Under the pieces are notes generated by a model. That model saw only the letters and a program-made list of their open reading frames with translations. It was not told the origin of the DNA and made no database searches. The translations under genes and the position numbers were made by a program. This document shows positions 63,389 through 64,000 of a DNA stretch of 64,000 nucleotides, piece after piece. Position 1 is the stretch's first letter; each line of letters begins with the position of its first letter. Origin of the DNA: Lingula anatina (Eukaryota > Animalia > Brachiopoda); contig CM120640.1 in the NCBI GenBank assembly GCA_051362555.1, positions 39,720,788-39,784,787 on the forward strand, read 5' to 3'.

Positions 63389-63617
63389 GAAACTCTGAAG
63401 GTCCGGAGGACCTGCGCTGCAGGAAATCTGCAGTACCTCCCAATATTTTGTGCTAGCCCGAACTAAATATTCATGCATTTCCTTTAGTCTATGTTTACAA
63501 GTAAATCTTTATTATGCGTTGTGTTTTCACATAAACCTTGCCAGTCCAAAAGACCCGCGATATCAATAATCTTGCAGGTCCTCTGGCATTTCATGACCTG
63601 TCGGACCGTCAGGTTCC
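63389..63617. mobile_element. Degenerate DNA-transposon / MITE remnant
   Basis: CTGAAGGTCCG..GAGGACCTGC on the left; GCAGGTCCTC...CGGACCGTCAG inverted on the right. Confidence 0.45.
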
Positions 63618-64000
63618 TAATGTCTGCAGATTACAGATGATTCAGTCTCACGTAGTACATTAGGTGCACAAAAATAAGTTAGATTGTTTCCAAAGATTTT
63701 GTGATTTTGCAGAGAATACAGGGCTTGTCTATTACAGTCAAAGGGGGGGGGGGGGTACATGCATGTGCATAAATTATAAACCAGTGGACATCCTTCATAA
63801 TCTAGCGAAGATTTGTGAAAAAAAAAAAAACGGCATAAAACTAACCAAATAAACATATATCTAGTACGAGAAGTCGTGCTGTAAGTTTTTTGGTCATATT
63901 ACGGTGCTGATATGACACTGAATGAATTTATTCAACCAGGCAGATATCCCTTTACCTGTGCAGGTCGCCCGCACTTGTTCACAATAACTCATGCAAAGAG

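Overview
AT-rich, intron-containing animal genomic DNA, probably an invertebrate and possibly a lophotrochozoan (inferred from gene style and repeat families). Five protein-coding genes can be built by hand from splice signals. (1) The 1.8-kb last exon of an RGS12/loco-type gene (+), with a GoLoco motif and a C-terminal ITFV. (2) A C2orf42 orthologue (-), 8 coding exons. (3) An intronless Tret1/GLUT8-like sugar porter (+), head-to-head with C2orf42. (4) A 3-exon Nkx6 homeobox gene (+) inside a large non-coding regulatory landscape. (5) A 15-exon ANKDD1-like ankyrin-repeat plus death-domain gene (-). Non-coding DNA holds several MITE families, a Helentron-type element with a nested MITE, tiny hairpins flanked by 7-bp duplications, a 288-bp tandem duplication and microsatellites. 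Most notable: the ANKDD1-like protein combines an N-terminal IkB-type DSGLGS degron, ankyrin repeats, a death domain and a CaaX box. Also of note are P-element-like excision footprints, a Gli-like site cluster in Nkx6 intron 2 and a sharp CpG-depletion boundary near 15.3-15.5 kb. All family assignments come from recalled motifs, not database searches.
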